A stretch of 64,000 nucleotides of DNA, taken from contig OZ253496.1 in NCBI GenBank assembly GCA_965262115.1, positions 352,001 through 416,000 on the forward strand. Direction: 5' to 3'. Both the position numbers and the translations under genes were made by a program. Positions 19,663 to 29,580 of this stretch are shown here, piece by piece; within the stretch, counting starts at the first letter, position 1; each line of letters starts with the position of its first letter. Below the pieces are notes generated by a model. It made no database searches. It was not told the origin of the DNA and saw nothing but the letters and a program-made list of their open reading frames with translations. The stretch is from Nitrospinales bacterium (GTDB lineage: Bacteria; Nitrospinota; Nitrospinia; Nitrospinales; VA-1).

Positions 19663-20486
19663 GGGGCTTTTACCCGATTTAATTCCGCAACAGCAAGATT
19701 AAAATTGTAAACCGCATCATAATAACCACTCAATACCCGGGTGTATATAATGAGCGCTTCAAACAAGTCTCCCGGATCTCCAATACCAAAATCATAGTTT
19801 GCCACTTCACTCACCAACAAAGCCCGCGTGATTTTGCGGTTTTTTCGGGCGAGATTCAGTTTCTCCCTATTTTCTACAGCTCTTAGATAACCGGTCTTGA
19901 GTCCCAACTCATTGTCAGATGAATATTCGTCCATAGCGGTGGCAAGACCAGATTCCTTAAACCAGGATTCATAATTATCAAATTTAAAATCGACTGGCTT
20001 TATCTCAGAGTCCTGCATTTTCGCATCCGGAGAATAGGACTCTTTGAACATTCCAGCCAGAGATAATCGCGCTACCTTTATATCACTGTCCAACTCGATG
20101 ATATCAGTCAAAGTCCCGGCGAGGCCCAGTTTAAGCTTTGTAATAGCCGATTGACTGACATCCTCTTCACCAAAATCAAATTTTTCTTCGGCTTTTGTGA
20201 TGGCCTTTTCAAAATGCTCCTGCACCTCTTCTAATATTTCCAGTTTCTGCATTTTGCTTTGAATCTGATAATAGTATTTTCGGACTTGATATTCTTTCTC
20301 GGCTAATAATGATAACTCTTTGCCTTGATAAAGAGACCTAATATCTTCAACCGCTTTTTGCAGACCAGGCAATGGCTCCGTTCCTCCCGCCATAGAACTG
20401 GAAAGAAAAAGCGTAGAAATCAGCAATAATACTGCCAAGTTTGCAACCAGAGGCTTCATAACACCCCTTAGCGGATTTTTAGACAT
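19644..20486 (-). CDS. Exported helical protein with TolC/outer-membrane efflux-like C-terminus
   Basis: Signal peptide; KYYYQIQ and ANYDFGIG...YYDAVYNFNLAVAELNR resemble OEP helical repeats; unusually short. Confidence 0.5.
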   Translation of the reverse strand: MSKNPLRGVMKPLVANLAVLLLISTLFLSSSMAGGTEPLPGLQKAVEDIRSLYQGKELSLLAEKEYQVRKYYYQIQSKMQKLEILEEVQEHFEKAITKAEEKFDFGEEDVSQSAITKLKLGLAGTLTDIIELDSDIKVARLSLAGMFKESYSPDAKMQDSEIKPVDFKFDNYESWFKESGLATAMDEYSSDNELGLKTGYLRAVENREKLNLARKNRKITRALLVSEVANYDFGIGDPGDLFEALIIYTRVLSGYYDAVYNFNLAVAELNRVKAPWTGKP

Positions 20487-20657
20487 GAAAACGCGATCCT
20501 ATAAAATTTTTTTTCAATTAAGAACGGGAAAGAGATTAAAGGAAAGAAAAAAGGGGCACTAAACTTCTAAAAAGAAACCTTGATGGCAACCAAGAATGTT
20601 CTTTTCATTGAAAAATGCCCTATAAAGGCAGAAGCTCAGTACCCCTCAGATAGAGCA

Positions 20658-20686
20658 AATGTAGCATAGCCCCCCGCCTCTGTCAA
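20658..20686 (-). promoter_or_regulatory. Sigma70-like promoter for the ORF-dprA-topA-trmFO run
   Basis: TTGACA-17 bp-TACATT with extended -10 TG on the minus strand. Confidence 0.5.
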
Positions 20687-20910
20687 TTTTTTTCTGGGTG
20701 GAGCCTATAATTCTAACAAAATTTTGACAAAATTATCTTTTATTTTCAATTATTTAAACATGCATCGTCATTTTTTAGAACAACCAGACCGTTTAAGACC
20801 TTGTTTTTCAAGGTATTAATATTTATAAAATTCCCGATATTTTGCCGCACTCCGAAGCTCGAAAAAGCCCCTCCCACCAGAATAATGCTTAATTTATCAA
20901 TATATTAGCC

Positions 20911-21771
20911 TTATATCCAGGAGAAAGGAACGGGTATGAACGTTAGCAGAAAAATGGCTGTAGATGCCACTCCCAGTGCTCTATGAACAGGGTCTAGATC
21001 TTCTGTTTCATTTAACAAAGGTGCGGTTTTAAAACCTACCAGCGCTATCATCGCGGCCCAGAAAAACCAGCCCGTCCAAAAATAGCCCAATGGAAATAAT
21101 GCGACGAAAAAAAGACGTCCCACCCACTCATGTTGTTTCGGGGACAACGCAAAAACGATATGTCCGCCATCTAATTGACCGATGGGTATCAGGTTTAACG
21201 CGGTCACCAACATTCCTATCCAACCCGCAAACGCGATTGGATGCAGGTGAATATTCAATTCTGGCGACTGCGGATTCACTCCCAAAACCCATTCCGCACA
21301 AATGTTTAATACCAGGGAGCTGCCGAAATTCATTCCCTCAATACCTACCAGTACCGGCGACACTTTTGAAAGAGACAGGCCGTATATCAATGTCGGCAGA
21401 GCCACTACAAAACCCGCTATGGGACCTGCGGAACCTATTTCCATCAGCACTCTGCGATTAGGAATGACCTGCTTGATCTGAATGAAGGCGCCAAAAGTTC
21501 CGGCGATAAAAACAGGCGGAGCGGGGATGAAATAAGGTAGCGTTGAACGCACCCCGTTCCTTTTGCTGGCCCAGTAATGCCCGAACTCATGCGCACCCAA
21601 AATCAGGATCAGGCTGATTGAAAACAACAAGCCGCCAGACAAATAAGTCGTCACCAAAGTTGCCGCCAACAACATGGAAAACAACCACCAGTTTTGCGGA
21701 GTGCCTGCAGATTGCAATGACTCTTTACTGCTGGCCAGCGTGACGCTGGACTCGATGGATGATGGTTTCAT
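20911..21771 (-). CDS. Site-2 (M50) intramembrane metalloprotease
   Basis: HEFGH, AGPIAG, NLIPIGQLDGGH. ATG 21771 preferred because the longer ORF begins inside repeat A. Confidence 0.92.
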   Translation of the reverse strand: MKPSSIESSVTLASSKESLQSAGTPQNWWLFSMLLAATLVTTYLSGGLLFSISLILILGAHEFGHYWASKRNGVRSTLPYFIPAPPVFIAGTFGAFIQIKQVIPNRRVLMEIGSAGPIAGFVVALPTLIYGLSLSKVSPVLVGIEGMNFGSSLVLNICAEWVLGVNPQSPELNIHLHPIAFAGWIGMLVTALNLIPIGQLDGGHIVFALSPKQHEWVGRLFFVALFPLGYFWTGWFFWAAMIALVGFKTAPLLNETEDLDPVHRALGVASTAIFLLTFIPVPFSWI

Positions 21772-21792
21772 TAGAAAAGTAAGCGGGCTAGC

Positions 21793-21850
21793 ATTGGGCA
21801 AGAGTTCGTTCAGCCGAGACAAATGCTGCTAGCTAAACAGAGTCATTGCT
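21793..21850 (+). repeat. Repeat family A copy 2
   Basis: ATTGGGCAAGAGTTCGTTCAGCCGAGACAA...GAGTCATTGCT. Confidence 0.75.
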
Positions 21851-21855
21851 AGCTG

Positions 21856-21895
21856 TACCCTTCAGGGCATGAAGTTTTTGAAAAAGGATATCACA
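21856..21895 (-). mobile_element. Micro-element B copy 2 (40 bp)
   Basis: Reverse complement TGTGATATCCTTTTTCAAAAACTTCATGCCCTGAAGGGTA. Confidence 0.7.
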
Positions 21896-21904
21896 GCCTC
21901 GCGT

Positions 21905-23191
21905 CTATAAAGGTTTGTGGGTAAATTCGCGCGCACTGGCACCGGAATAATCGCCGACGATTTGACCGTTGCCACGAAGTTTATATTTATAGATCACCAA
22001 CCCTTCCAATCCAACCGGTCCCCGGGCATGTGTTCGATTCGTGCTGATGCCGATTTCGGCCCCGAGCCCATATCGAAATCCATCGGCAAAACGTGTTGAC
22101 GCGTTGCACATTACACTGGCCGAGCTGACCTCATCAAGAAACTGCTCGGCCCTTTCCCGGTCTTCTGTCAGGATCACGTCGGTATGCCCGGAACCATGCT
22201 TGTTGATGAACTTCACCGCTTCCGATAAACCATCCACAATTTTTATGGACAGTTTCAAGTCGTTATATTCGGTATCCCAATCCGACTCAGAGACCGGGGC
22301 GACCTCGGGAGCCACCTGACAGGTTTTCACACATCCCACCAATTCCACCTGTTTTTCCCTGAATTTCGCCACTAAATCAGGCAAAATCTTCCCGGAAATG
22401 TCCTTATGCACCAATAATGTCTCCATGGCGTTGCAAGCCGCAGGATATTGCAGCTTCGAATCCAGACAGACCCGCAGCGATTTATCCATATCTGCAAATT
22501 TATCAATATATCCGTGACACACTCCTTCGGAATGACCCAGAACCGGAATTCTTGTATTTTCCTGAATATATTTCACAAAAGCGTTGCTGCCTCGGGGAAC
22601 GATTAAATGAATGTACTTATCTTCCTTGAGCAGGTCCGCCACTTCCGAACGCGTCTCAATCATCTGCACCGCCAATGTAGGAACACCGGGCACTTTACCC
22701 ATCGCTTGGACCAAAAGTTTAACGATGATCTTATTAGAATCCTGCGCTTCTGTTCCCCCCTTCAAGATGACCGCGTTGCCCGATTTCAGGCACAATGAGG
22801 AAATTTGCGGCACGGCATCAGGCCGGGACTCAAAAATCGCCCCGATCACGCCGATCGGACAAGTCACTCGCTCAACCACCAGGTCTTTATCCATCTCCAT
22901 AACACTGTTGACCTGGCCTACCGGATCGGGCAATGCCACCACACTGCGAATACCCTTAGCCATTCCGCGAACTTTTTCCTCATTCAAATCCAATCGGGCG
23001 ATCAAAGCATTGGCGATTCCCTCTTTTTTCGCAAAGGCCAGATCTTTTTCGTTTTCCACCAAAATGGCAGCGCAATGCTCTTCCAAGGCATCAGCCATCC
23101 ATGACAATGCCTGATTCTTTAAGTCGGTGGAAAGATGCGCCAGAACCAATGCCGAAGCGTTGGCATTTTTCGCTATTTCAGTAATATTCAT
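21905..23191 (-). CDS. proA: Gamma-glutamyl phosphate reductase
   Basis: IFESRPD, KSGNAVILKGG, ACNAMETLLVH, NASTRFADG, HARGPVGL. Confidence 0.97.
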   Translation of the reverse strand: MNITEIAKNANASALVLAHLSTDLKNQALSWMADALEEHCAAILVENEKDLAFAKKEGIANALIARLDLNEEKVRGMAKGIRSVVALPDPVGQVNSVMEMDKDLVVERVTCPIGVIGAIFESRPDAVPQISSLCLKSGNAVILKGGTEAQDSNKIIVKLLVQAMGKVPGVPTLAVQMIETRSEVADLLKEDKYIHLIVPRGSNAFVKYIQENTRIPVLGHSEGVCHGYIDKFADMDKSLRVCLDSKLQYPAACNAMETLLVHKDISGKILPDLVAKFREKQVELVGCVKTCQVAPEVAPVSESDWDTEYNDLKLSIKIVDGLSEAVKFINKHGSGHTDVILTEDRERAEQFLDEVSSASVMCNASTRFADGFRYGLGAEIGISTNRTHARGPVGLEGLVIYKYKLRGNGQIVGDYSGASAREFTHKPL

Positions 23192-23319
23192 GTGGGATCA
23201 AAAACCTCTTTCAATAACAAAACAGGATTATAACACCCCTGCCATTTAATTTTACGACTTCACCAGGGCAAAAGCCCCTCAATCGACCCCACGCCCAGTG
23301 CCCACTCCCGTGGGAGGGA

Positions 23320-23381
23320 ACTGGGCAAGGACTCGTTGAGCCGAGATAACTCATTGCTAGCCAAATAGAGTTATTGCCAGT
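23320..23381 (+). repeat. Repeat family A copy 3 (clearest inverted ends)
   Basis: ACTGGGCAAGGACTC...GAGTTATTGCCAGT. Confidence 0.8.
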
Positions 23382-23382
23382 C

Positions 23383-23422
23383 TACCCCTCCGGGGCATGA
23401 AGCTAATGATGGTGATATCATA
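23383..23422 (-). mobile_element. Micro-element B copy 3 (40 bp)
   Basis: Reverse complement TATGATATCACCATCATTAGCTTCATGCCCCGGAGGGGTA. Confidence 0.7.
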
Positions 23423-23485
23423 GCCCCCACGCCTTCGGCGGTCGTGTTAACGTCACCGCCGCGTTGCCACCGGCGGCTACGCCGG

Positions 23486-24280
23486 TCAGCGGTAGATAAT
23501 CTGTAGTTTTCCTTTGCGGTTGGCCTTGAAGGCCGCCATCATCGTGGCCTCCCCTAAAGGATTCTTAATTAGATCCAGAACTTTTAGCTGAGGAAAGTGC
23601 TGCGACTCAATCAAGGCAACAGCCCCCTGATCGGTGATATTATTTTGTCCCATATATAACGATTCCAGTTTCTGAAACTTCTCGGAACTGGCAAAAGCCA
23701 GCGCCCCGCCATCACCGATTTCATTGCGGAATAAATTCAACGTCGTTAACTGCCCAAACACTGTGGCCGAGGCCAGCATTTCAGCACCCACCGGGGTGAT
23801 CAAATTATCGTTCAACATGAGGGTTTTGAGATGGGCGAAATTACCGGAAGCCACCATCAACTCGATACTGTCATCACTGATTTCGTTTTTCCAAAGCTTT
23901 AAGGATTCCAATTGCCCCAGATAAGGCGACTCCGAAATGGCTTTCAGTCCCAAATCACCCAGCAGATTGCCCCAGAGATCGAGATGTTTCAATCCAGCCA
24001 GATGCGGAGACTTCGCCAAGGCCTCCATACCCCGGGCTTTAATATTGTTGCCCTGCAGGAAAAGAGTGGTGATCCCTTTGAGGGATTCCATCCCCGCCAG
24101 TTGTCTCGCCTCCGACGTGCCAATATGCAATCCGCTGAGGTCGAGAGTCTTGCCATCGTGGCTGGTGCGTTTGGCAACCAAAACGGAAATATCCGCCCCC
24201 CACCCCCATGTGGGGGATGACAGAAGGAAAAGCAACAGGAAAATTATGTTGGCAGGAAATTTCAATCGAAACGCTGACAT
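23486..24280 (-). CDS. Secreted leucine-rich-repeat protein
   Basis: Signal peptide; ~28-aa repeats LxxLxLxxNxIGDxGxxALA. Confidence 0.88.
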   Translation of the reverse strand: MSAFRLKFPANIIFLLLFLLSSPTWGWGADISVLVAKRTSHDGKTLDLSGLHIGTSEARQLAGMESLKGITTLFLQGNNIKARGMEALAKSPHLAGLKHLDLWGNLLGDLGLKAISESPYLGQLESLKLWKNEISDDSIELMVASGNFAHLKTLMLNDNLITPVGAEMLASATVFGQLTTLNLFRNEIGDGGALAFASSEKFQKLESLYMGQNNITDQGAVALIESQHFPQLKVLDLIKNPLGEATMMAAFKANRKGKLQIIYR

Positions 24281-24378
24281 GAAATCAGGTTAACAAATAG
24301 TTGAAGATGGTGTAAATAATTTTTGCACCGGCTTTGAGGGTGCCGGAGAAAGAATCGGCTTGAGGACCTTTTCTATAT

Positions 24379-24420
24379 TCCCTCCCTTCATAGGGAGGGA
24401 TTCAGGGAGGGTTGGATTAA
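24379..24420 (+). repeat. Repeat family C (CCCTCCC hairpin) copy 1
   Basis: TCCCTCCCTTCATAGGGAGGGATTCAGGGAGGGTTGGATTAA. Confidence 0.8.
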
Positions 24421-24474
24421 AAAAGGGGAGGCAACTTCGAACAAGTGACAGAAAGCTTATTTAAAATTCTTCCC

Positions 24475-25317
24475 TCAAAGCTCTATCATGTCTGCCACCT
24501 GATAGCCTAAGTTAGAAACTTCAAAGACTTCTCCTTTGTGACCTCGTTCAACTAAAAGCTCCTCTGACAAGAGTTCATTAATCGCCGCCTCCCATTTGGC
24601 TAATTCTCGGCGCCCGTTAGACTCTATTAAATTTTTACCATTGGTTGAAATAGAACTTCCTCCCAAGTGTCTAATATATAAAACATGGCCACTCGGGTCT
24701 AAACTAGCTTCCTTTAAAAGGACCCGAGCCTCATTAGACAGGGAAGGCAAAATAGTATTGGACTCAACAACTTCACTATTCTCTACTTTTTCTGTCCCCA
24801 TAGAAAACAGCTCATGGTCATTTATTTTTATTTGAAGCTGACGATATAGTTTTTCCTTAAAATCCGAGTAATTATCATACCCCTGATAAAGTCCCCGGTT
24901 TTGACATGAGCTTTTGAATTGCTTTAGCTCCTCATATTTCTTCATATCAACGCTTTCCAAAACTACAGGTTGACTTGAAAAATAGAGCATCGCAGGTTTT
25001 CCCGAGGCTATATGTCTTTCAATTTCTTCGACACTTCCACTTACATGGGAATCTGTGGGAGTCCCTACCCGTGTCCAAAAAACTCCTATGAGCAAATCAC
25101 ACTTATCAAGAAGTTGATTGTTAATTATTGTTTGTGGACTTGCTCCCATTTCTGGTGATGAATGAGACTCCCAACCAACCGGAAGCAAAACTGTATCCTT
25201 TGATTTTGAATGGACTGCATTCCACTCATAGATCACATCTTTTATAATTGAGCGCTCAGAAGCAACATCGCCAGGAGAGGCGATCATCACATTAAATACC
25301 TCGGCAGAATAGCTCAT
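24475..25317 (-). CDS. DUF4062 domain protein
   Basis: VMIASPGDVASER...WE...PQTIIN...CDLLIGVFWTRVGTPT...SGSVEEI; AT-richer than flanks. Confidence 0.8.
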   Translation of the reverse strand: MSYSAEVFNVMIASPGDVASERSIIKDVIYEWNAVHSKSKDTVLLPVGWESHSSPEMGASPQTIINNQLLDKCDLLIGVFWTRVGTPTDSHVSGSVEEIERHIASGKPAMLYFSSQPVVLESVDMKKYEELKQFKSSCQNRGLYQGYDNYSDFKEKLYRQLQIKINDHELFSMGTEKVENSEVVESNTILPSLSNEARVLLKEASLDPSGHVLYIRHLGGSSISTNGKNLIESNGRRELAKWEAAINELLSEELLVERGHKGEVFEVSNLGYQVADMIEL

Positions 25318-25344
25318 CTAATTATTTCATCCTCTAAAAAAAAG

Positions 25345-25381
25345 CCAACCCTCCCCCAGCCCCTCCCTATGAAGGGAGGGG
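25345..25381 (-). repeat. Repeat family C copy 2
   Basis: CCAACCCTCCCCCAGCCCCTCCCTATGAAGGGAGGGG, inverted relative to copies 1 and 3. Confidence 0.8.
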
Positions 25382-25753
25382 AGGCAGATGTTTTAAAATC
25401 CTTTCGTAAACTCCATTCAGGTTTTCATAAACATCCTGGTTGGTAAAACGCAGAAACCGTATTCCCATATTTTCGATAACCTTCTGTCGGACCTGGTCCG
25501 ATTGTGCAGCCTCTTCGCTAAAATGAGAATCCCCATCGATTTCAATCGCGAGTTTTGCCGATGGGCAATAAAAATCCAGAATGTATCGATCAACACTGTG
25601 TTGCCGCCGAAACTTGTGTCCATTTGCCTGCCTGTTTCGCAAAAACTGCCACAAAGCCACTTCCGCTGGGGGCATTTCTTTGCGCAAGGACTTTCTCCTG
25701 GTTTTTTCTGTATTTTTATTAAAAATTTTTACCATTGTTTTTTTGTTTTTCAT
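25367..25753 (-). CDS. DUF559 (Vsr-like) endonuclease domain protein
   Basis: LRKEMPPAEVALWQFLR...KFRRQH...YILDFYC...LAIEIDGDSH...LRFTN. Confidence 0.92.
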   Translation of the reverse strand: MKNKKTMVKIFNKNTEKTRRKSLRKEMPPAEVALWQFLRNRQANGHKFRRQHSVDRYILDFYCPSAKLAIEIDGDSHFSEEAAQSDQVRQKVIENMGIRFLRFTNQDVYENLNGVYERILKHLPPLPS

Positions 25754-25754
25754 A

Positions 25755-25797
25755 TCCCCTCCCTTCATATGGAGGGGTTTGGGGAGGGCTGGATTAA
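25755..25797 (+). repeat. Repeat family C copy 3
   Basis: TCCCCTCCCTTCATATGGAGGGGTTTGGGGAGGGCTGGATTAA. Confidence 0.8.
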
Positions 25798-25897
25798 AGT
25801 TGGCATCCGAACCTGAAACCAGATTAATAAATAGTGCAAGATGGTGTAAATAATTTTTATGCCTGCTTTATGGCAATATTTTTCTTGATAAATTCCA

Positions 25898-26191
25898 TTA
25901 GAATATTTTTGTCCTTAATTTTGGTTTAGGGATCTGTACATCCAGAGAAGTGTCAGACCAACTACAATCATCTGCCTGTTCTTCCAACTTTTGATGCAGT
26001 TCGAGGACACTCACTCCATTTGATTCATATTCTTTTAATTTTTCCTTGGATATTGTAAGAAAGCTGGTCTCCGTTTTTTCTACAGGCAAATGCAGATTCC
26101 CATCCTTATCAAATTCTCCATAGGACTCACACCTACTGATCAATTGTTTAAGGGTCTTTACGCTTCTTGTAATGTTCTTTTTTGAAATCAT
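25898..26191 (-). CDS. Hypothetical protein
   Basis: 97-aa ORF preceded by GAGGA; no recognised motif. Confidence 0.6.
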   Translation of the reverse strand: MISKKNITRSVKTLKQLISRCESYGEFDKDGNLHLPVEKTETSFLTISKEKLKEYESNGVSVLELHQKLEEQADDCSWSDTSLDVQIPKPKLRTKIF

Positions 26192-26255
26192 AAAATATGA
26201 TCCTCTTGAAATCTCATCATCAAAATTTTCTAAGGGGGGTTATCTATATCTGACG

Positions 26256-26939
26256 TCAGGTTATTAAATATTTAAAAATAGTATAAATGATTTTTGTGCC
26301 GGCCTTGATCGTGCCTGAAAAGGTGCCGGTGATCTTGGAAACCCCGATCCGCTCCCGATATTTCACCGGAACCTCCAGGATACGCAGTCCTTTTTTAACG
26401 GCCTTAATCTGCATCTCCACTGTCCAGCCAAAGTTGGTATCCTGCATGGCAATAGACTTTAACGAGTCGTAGCGAATGGCGCGGAACGGTCCCAGGTCGG
26501 TATAGCTGTGATGGAAAAACAAGTGCATTAAAAACACGGCCAATTGATTGCCATACCGCGATTGCGGTAACAATGCTGAACGGCTTTCGGGAAGCATCAT
26601 CCGGCTACCCAGAACAAAATCCATCTCTCCTGATTCTATCGGCTGAACCAGTTTCACAATCTCTTCCGGGTAGTCGCTGAAATCCCCATCCAAAAACACC
26701 ACGATATCCGGGTTATCCAGTTCAGCAATTCCCTTCAAGCAGGCAGAACCATAGCCTGTTCTTTTTTCCCCAACCACCCGTGCGCCTTTTTCACTTGCAG
26801 ACCGGGCAGTGTTATCGGTCGAGTTGTTATCAACAACGATGATTTCATGAATCTGATCCGGTGGTAGGGCGTCCAGAACTAGTCCGATGGATTGCTCTTC
26901 ATTAAAAACGGGAATGATGACAGAAATGCGGGAAGGCAT
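26256..26939 (-). CDS. Glycosyltransferase family 2
   Basis: VIIPVFNEE, VVDNNSTD, FLDGD, DLGPFRAI. Confidence 0.93.
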   Translation of the reverse strand: MPSRISVIIPVFNEEQSIGLVLDALPPDQIHEIIVVDNNSTDNTARSASEKGARVVGEKRTGYGSACLKGIAELDNPDIVVFLDGDFSDYPEEIVKLVQPIESGEMDFVLGSRMMLPESRSALLPQSRYGNQLAVFLMHLFFHHSYTDLGPFRAIRYDSLKSIAMQDTNFGWTVEMQIKAVKKGLRILEVPVKYRERIGVSKITGTFSGTIKAGTKIIYTIFKYLIT

Positions 26940-26957
26940 GGAGGCAACTCCTCCAGA

Positions 26958-27755
26958 TCAGGAACTGTTATTGAGGGCTGTTTTAATGCCGGATATAAAT
27001 TCAGAGATGCTTTTATCACGCGCGATTGGATCGGAATGAGATTCAATCAACTTGACGATGGCGCTACCTATGATGACTCCATCCGAGCATTGCCCGGCTT
27101 CTTTAGCCTGTTCCGGGCCGGAGATGCCAAACCCGACCAGCACCGGAAGTTTCACCTTACTTTTAATGGCAATGACTTTCTCTTCCAGGTTTTTAGAAAG
27201 CGCCTCTTTCGTTCCTGTTGTTCCGGTCAGAGAAACATAATAGATGAAGCCTTTACTCACCTTCCCGATCTGCTGAATCCGATCCGGGGTACTGGTGGGC
27301 GCTAAAAGAAATATCGTATCGAGTTCTTTTTCATTCGCGATCGCCAGGAACTCCCCCGCCTCTTCCGGAGGAAGATCGGGCAGGATCACCCCATCCACTC
27401 CCGTATTGACCGCATCCTCGACAAACGCTTTCTGGCCATAAACAAAAACAGGATTGAAACTGCTCATCAGAACAATCGGTAACTCAGACTGCCTCCTGAT
27501 ATCTCTCACCAGCTCGATAATTTTTTTCAGGCTGGTGCCATTTTGCAGGGAACGATGTGAAGAAGCTTGAATGACTGGACCATCGGCAAGTGGATCGGAA
27601 AACGGGACACCGATCTCAATGATATCAGCACCACTTTTCTCAATCACAGAAAAAATTTCTTTTGACGCGGACAGATCGGGGTCACCGGCAGTAAAAAAAG
27701 CCACCAGGGCCTTATTGCCATTTAAACTTTTGAATCGGCCCTCTATCCGGCTCAC
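26958..27755 (-). CDS. trpA: Tryptophan synthase alpha
   Basis: [32 protein letters not shown] start overlaps the trpB stop. Confidence 0.96.
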   Translation of the reverse strand: MSRIEGRFKSLNGNKALVAFFTAGDPDLSASKEIFSVIEKSGADIIEIGVPFSDPLADGPVIQASSHRSLQNGTSLKKIIELVRDIRRQSELPIVLMSSFNPVFVYGQKAFVEDAVNTGVDGVILPDLPPEEAGEFLAIANEKELDTIFLLAPTSTPDRIQQIGKVSKGFIYYVSLTGTTGTKEALSKNLEEKVIAIKSKVKLPVLVGFGISGPEQAKEAGQCSDGVIIGSAIVKLIESHSDPIARDKSISEFISGIKTALNNSS

Positions 27756-28951
27756 AACGAAACTCCCATCATATCCGCCACTTGGTTCACGTCTTTGTCG
27801 CCCCGGCCAGAGAGGCAAACCAGAATAACTTCATCCTTTTTCATGGTTGGTGCCATCTTCATCACATGAGCGATGGCGTGGGCCGATTCAAGAGCCGGAA
27901 TAATGCCTTCCAATTGAGAAAGCATTTTAAAACCTCCTATCGCCTCCTCATCGGTGATGGTTATATATTGCGCTCGGCCCGATTCCCTAAGATAACTATG
28001 CTCGCAACCCACACCCGGATAATCCAATCCCGCCGAAATCGAATGCGCCTCAGTCACTTGCCCGTCCTCATCATGCAGGAGATAACTCATCATGCCATGC
28101 AGAACACCTGCTGATCCCTTGGTGAGGGAAGCGCCATGCTTATCCGTGTCCAGTCCCAACCCGGCAGCTTCAACACCGACCAAACCGACTTCCTTATTTT
28201 CCAGGAATGGATAAAACAGTCCCATCGAGTTACTGCCGCCACCCACACAGGCCACACAGGTGTCGGGCAGTCGGCCTTCCATTTCCATGATTTGGCTAGT
28301 AGCTTCTTCGCCAATTACTTTTTGAAAATCCCGGACTATCATCGGATAAGGATGCGGACCGACCACCGAACCAATAATATAATGAGTACTCTCAACGGTG
28401 GTGATCCAGTTGCGGATGGCTTCGCTGGTGGCATCCTTGAGTGTTCGTGTTCCTCCTGTTACCGGAATGACCGTCGCACCTAAAAGCCGCATGCGAAAAA
28501 CATTGAGCGCCTGCCTTCGCATATCTTCCTCACCCATGAACACATCGCATTCCAGACCAAATAAAGAAGCGGCGGTGGCCGTTGCCACGCCATGTTGCCC
28601 GGCTCCTGTTTCGGCGATCACCCGTTTTTTACCCATCCTTTGGGCCAACAAAGCGCTACCAATGGTGTTGTTGATTTTATGCGCGCCGGTATGAGTCAGG
28701 TCTTCCCGTTTTAAATAAATTTTCGCGCCGCCCAAATGTTCTGTAAGGCGCTCAGCAAAATAAAGTGAGGTGGGACGGCCAACATAATGTTTCAGGTAAT
28801 AGTCGAGATCCTTTTTAAATTGCGGATCGTTTTGGGCTTCCTCGTAAACCCGTTCCAACTCTTTCAGGGCTGGCATCAGGGTTTCAATGACATACTTACC
28901 CCCAAATTTTCCAAAATGCCCACTAGCATCGGGCAGCTTATGCGGCTTCAT
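27752..28951 (-). CDS. trpB: Tryptophan synthase beta
   Basis: [38 protein letters not shown]. Confidence 0.97.
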   Translation of the reverse strand: MKPHKLPDASGHFGKFGGKYVIETLMPALKELERVYEEAQNDPQFKKDLDYYLKHYVGRPTSLYFAERLTEHLGGAKIYLKREDLTHTGAHKINNTIGSALLAQRMGKKRVIAETGAGQHGVATATAASLFGLECDVFMGEEDMRRQALNVFRMRLLGATVIPVTGGTRTLKDATSEAIRNWITTVESTHYIIGSVVGPHPYPMIVRDFQKVIGEEATSQIMEMEGRLPDTCVACVGGGSNSMGLFYPFLENKEVGLVGVEAAGLGLDTDKHGASLTKGSAGVLHGMMSYLLHDEDGQVTEAHSISAGLDYPGVGCEHSYLRESGRAQYITITDEEAIGGFKMLSQLEGIIPALESAHAIAHVMKMAPTMKKDEVILVCLSGRGDKDVNQVADMMGVSL

Positions 28952-29580
28952 GATTTACTCCCTGATCTAATATTTGCCAGAAACACGCTAACCTTTTCAG
29001 GATCCTTGATTCCCGGAGATTTTTCCACACCCGAACACACATCCACCCCATAAGGGCGAACCCGACTGACCGCCTGCCGAATATTACGCGGTGTCAATCC
29101 CCCTGCAAGGATAACTGGCCCGATTTTTTTTGCAGGAAGAGCCAGGTTCCAGTCAAAAGTTTTGCCCGTACCCCCACGCAGGTCTTCACAAAACGTGTCC
29201 AGGAGAAACCCGGTCACTTGATATTTTTCCATCTGCCTGATCGATTGGAGGTCTGTAACCCGAAACGCCTTGATCACACGCCGGTGAATTTTTCGGCAAA
29301 ACGCCGGAGACTCTTCCCCATGCAATTGCACCAAGTCCAACCCGCAATAACCGGCGATTTTGTTCACTCGGTCGGCGGATTCATTGACGAAAACCCCCAC
29401 CGTATCGACAAAAGGCGGCAGTTCTAAAATAATTTCACGAACTACCTTCATCGTAACCGACCGCGGACTCTTTTTATAGAAAATAAAGCCGACCGCATCA
29501 GCACCCTGTTCGACGGCGAACAGCGCATCCTTCACTTGCGTCATACCGCAGACTTTAACTTTTACTTGTGGATTCGCCAT
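28948..29580 (-). CDS. trpF: Phosphoribosylanthranilate isomerase
   Basis: [35 protein letters not shown]. Confidence 0.96.
   Translation of the reverse strand: MANPQVKVKVCGMTQVKDALFAVEQGADAVGFIFYKKSPRSVTMKVVREIILELPPFVDTVGVFVNESADRVNKIAGYCGLDLVQLHGEESPAFCRKIHRRVIKAFRVTDLQSIRQMEKYQVTGFLLDTFCEDLRGGTGKTFDWNLALPAKKIGPVILAGGLTPRNIRQAVSRVRPYGVDVCSGVEKSPGIKDPEKVSVFLANIRSGSKS

Noticed and set aside
20639..20648. GTACCCCTC as another B copy
   Set aside because: Only ~9 bp match; the rest of the element is absent
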